From an uncultured Christensenellaceae bacterium (GTDB lineage Bacteria; Bacillota; Clostridia; Christensenellales; UMGS416), in the NCBI GenBank assembly GCA_944376795.1, contig CALWDW010000015.1, forward strand, positions 2,127 through 66,126: 64,000 nt of DNA. Direction: 5' to 3'. The notes beneath the pieces were generated by a model. It ran no database searches. It worked only from the letters and a program-made list of their open reading frames with translations, and was not told where the DNA came from. The position numbers were made by a program, and so were the translations under genes. This document shows positions 63,620 through 64,000 of this stretch, piece by piece. The first letter of the stretch is position 1; the number at the start of each line of letters is the position of its first letter.

Positions 63620-64000
63620 ATGACTGTCTATGCCCCAAGCCCAGCCCACGGCGGGCTGCAGCGCGTAAAAAAGCCGGAAGGCCCGGCCTATTTCACCATC
63701 ATGACTTCTGCTGAATTTCAGGAATGCCCCAGCTATGCGCCCTATCGCAAAGAGGTGCTGCGCAGCCTCCGTTCCGCCCGCTACTGCAAGGTGGAACGCT
63801 TCCATGGATGCATTGCGGGCACCCTGCGAATCCCACAGAGAAGCGAACAGAGCGCCGCCCTCTTCTCCTTCGGCTTCTGCGTCACGGAAGACTCCCTGGT
63901 GTGGATCGAGGATACCGGGAAGCTGGAACGCTGGGTAGAAAAGCACGCTTCCTCCCTCGCCGGATCCTCTACACCGGAGCAGCTCCTACTGGAGCTGTTG
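63620..64000 (+). CDS. Partial CDS (N-terminal 127 codons), CorA-family magnesium transporter-like
   Basis: The frame is open from the ATG at 63620 to the window end, and is absent from the ORF track because it has no stop. The pattern ...TSAEF...YCKVERFHGCIAGTLRIPQR....FSFGFCVTEDSLVWIEDTG resembles N-termini of clostridial CorA-family proteins as I recall them. The SD (GGAGG) lies 12 nt upstream, which is long. Confidence 0.5.
   Translation, partial: MTVYAPSPAHGGLQRVKKPEGPAYFTIMTSAEFQECPSYAPYRKEVLRSLRSARYCKVERFHGCIAGTLRIPQRSEQSAALFSFGFCVTEDSLVWIEDTGKLERWVEKHASSLAGSSTPEQLLLELL

Noticed and set aside
1-64000. A whole-window scan by eye for tRNA T-arm consensus (GGTTCGAATCC-like), rRNA, CRISPR arrays, transposases or integrases, and known defence-system signatures.
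   Set aside because: None was seen. A by-eye scan is not exhaustive for tRNAs or small RNAs, so tRNAscan-SE and Infernal would be needed to confirm.

Overview
This 64 kb window looks like core chromosome from a high-GC, spore-forming Firmicute, probably Clostridia (Oscillospiraceae-like). That placement is an inference from gene content: gpr, two spoIIP-family genes, GerMN lipoproteins and ylmC/ymxH. Gene density is high, and most long ORFs antisense to recognisable genes are GC-driven artefacts.

**Recognisable blocks**
- 1-5.3 kb: a low-GC left edge with a SAM methyltransferase, then vWA, a frameshifted macro-HTH gene, DUF2087, a GNAT and a lipoprotein.
- 5.3-7.6 kb: an XRE-cupin regulator with an acyl-CoA synthetase.
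- 8.9-16.5 kb: the conserved tig-clpP-clpX-lon-engB cluster, interrupted by an opposite-strand secreted GH16 gene.
- 16.7-29 kb: ygiQ radical SAM, a GNAT, murI, spoIIP, gpr, an rRNA methyltransferase, rpsT, a MATE pump, holA and comEC.
- 29-33 kb: an ECF S-component, DUF1846 and an AsnB-like gene.
- 33-40 kb: an OmpR-type two-component system translationally coupled to two GerMN lipoproteins, divergent from a PBP5-type DD-carboxypeptidase.
- 40-49.5 kb: a URO-D-family gene, a Cys-rich small protein and a nucleotidyltransferase; then plsY, der and DUF512; then a SpoIIP paralogue, DUF1614, ylmC, nrdR and pgeF.
- 49.6-64 kb: a GH2 beta-mannosidase and a PRTase; a VanRS-like two-component system with a coupled membrane protein and a VanY-like M15 peptidase; EamA and dgoD; metNIQ behind a Met T-box; a GH30-CARDB gene; and a partial CorA-like gene.

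I found no tRNA, rRNA, CRISPR array, intact IS element or recognisable defence system.

**Most unusual locus**
The most unusual locus is an orphan, purine-rich, lower-GC transcription unit of about 0.9 kb at about 7721-8613 on the + strand. It is bracketed by a sigma70-like promoter and a clean intrinsic terminator. It has no protein-like ORF and contains many GNRA-capped helices. I propose it as a candidate large structured ncRNA of unknown class.

**Limits**
All protein calls come from reading the supplied translations, using motifs and recollected family architecture. No database search was run.
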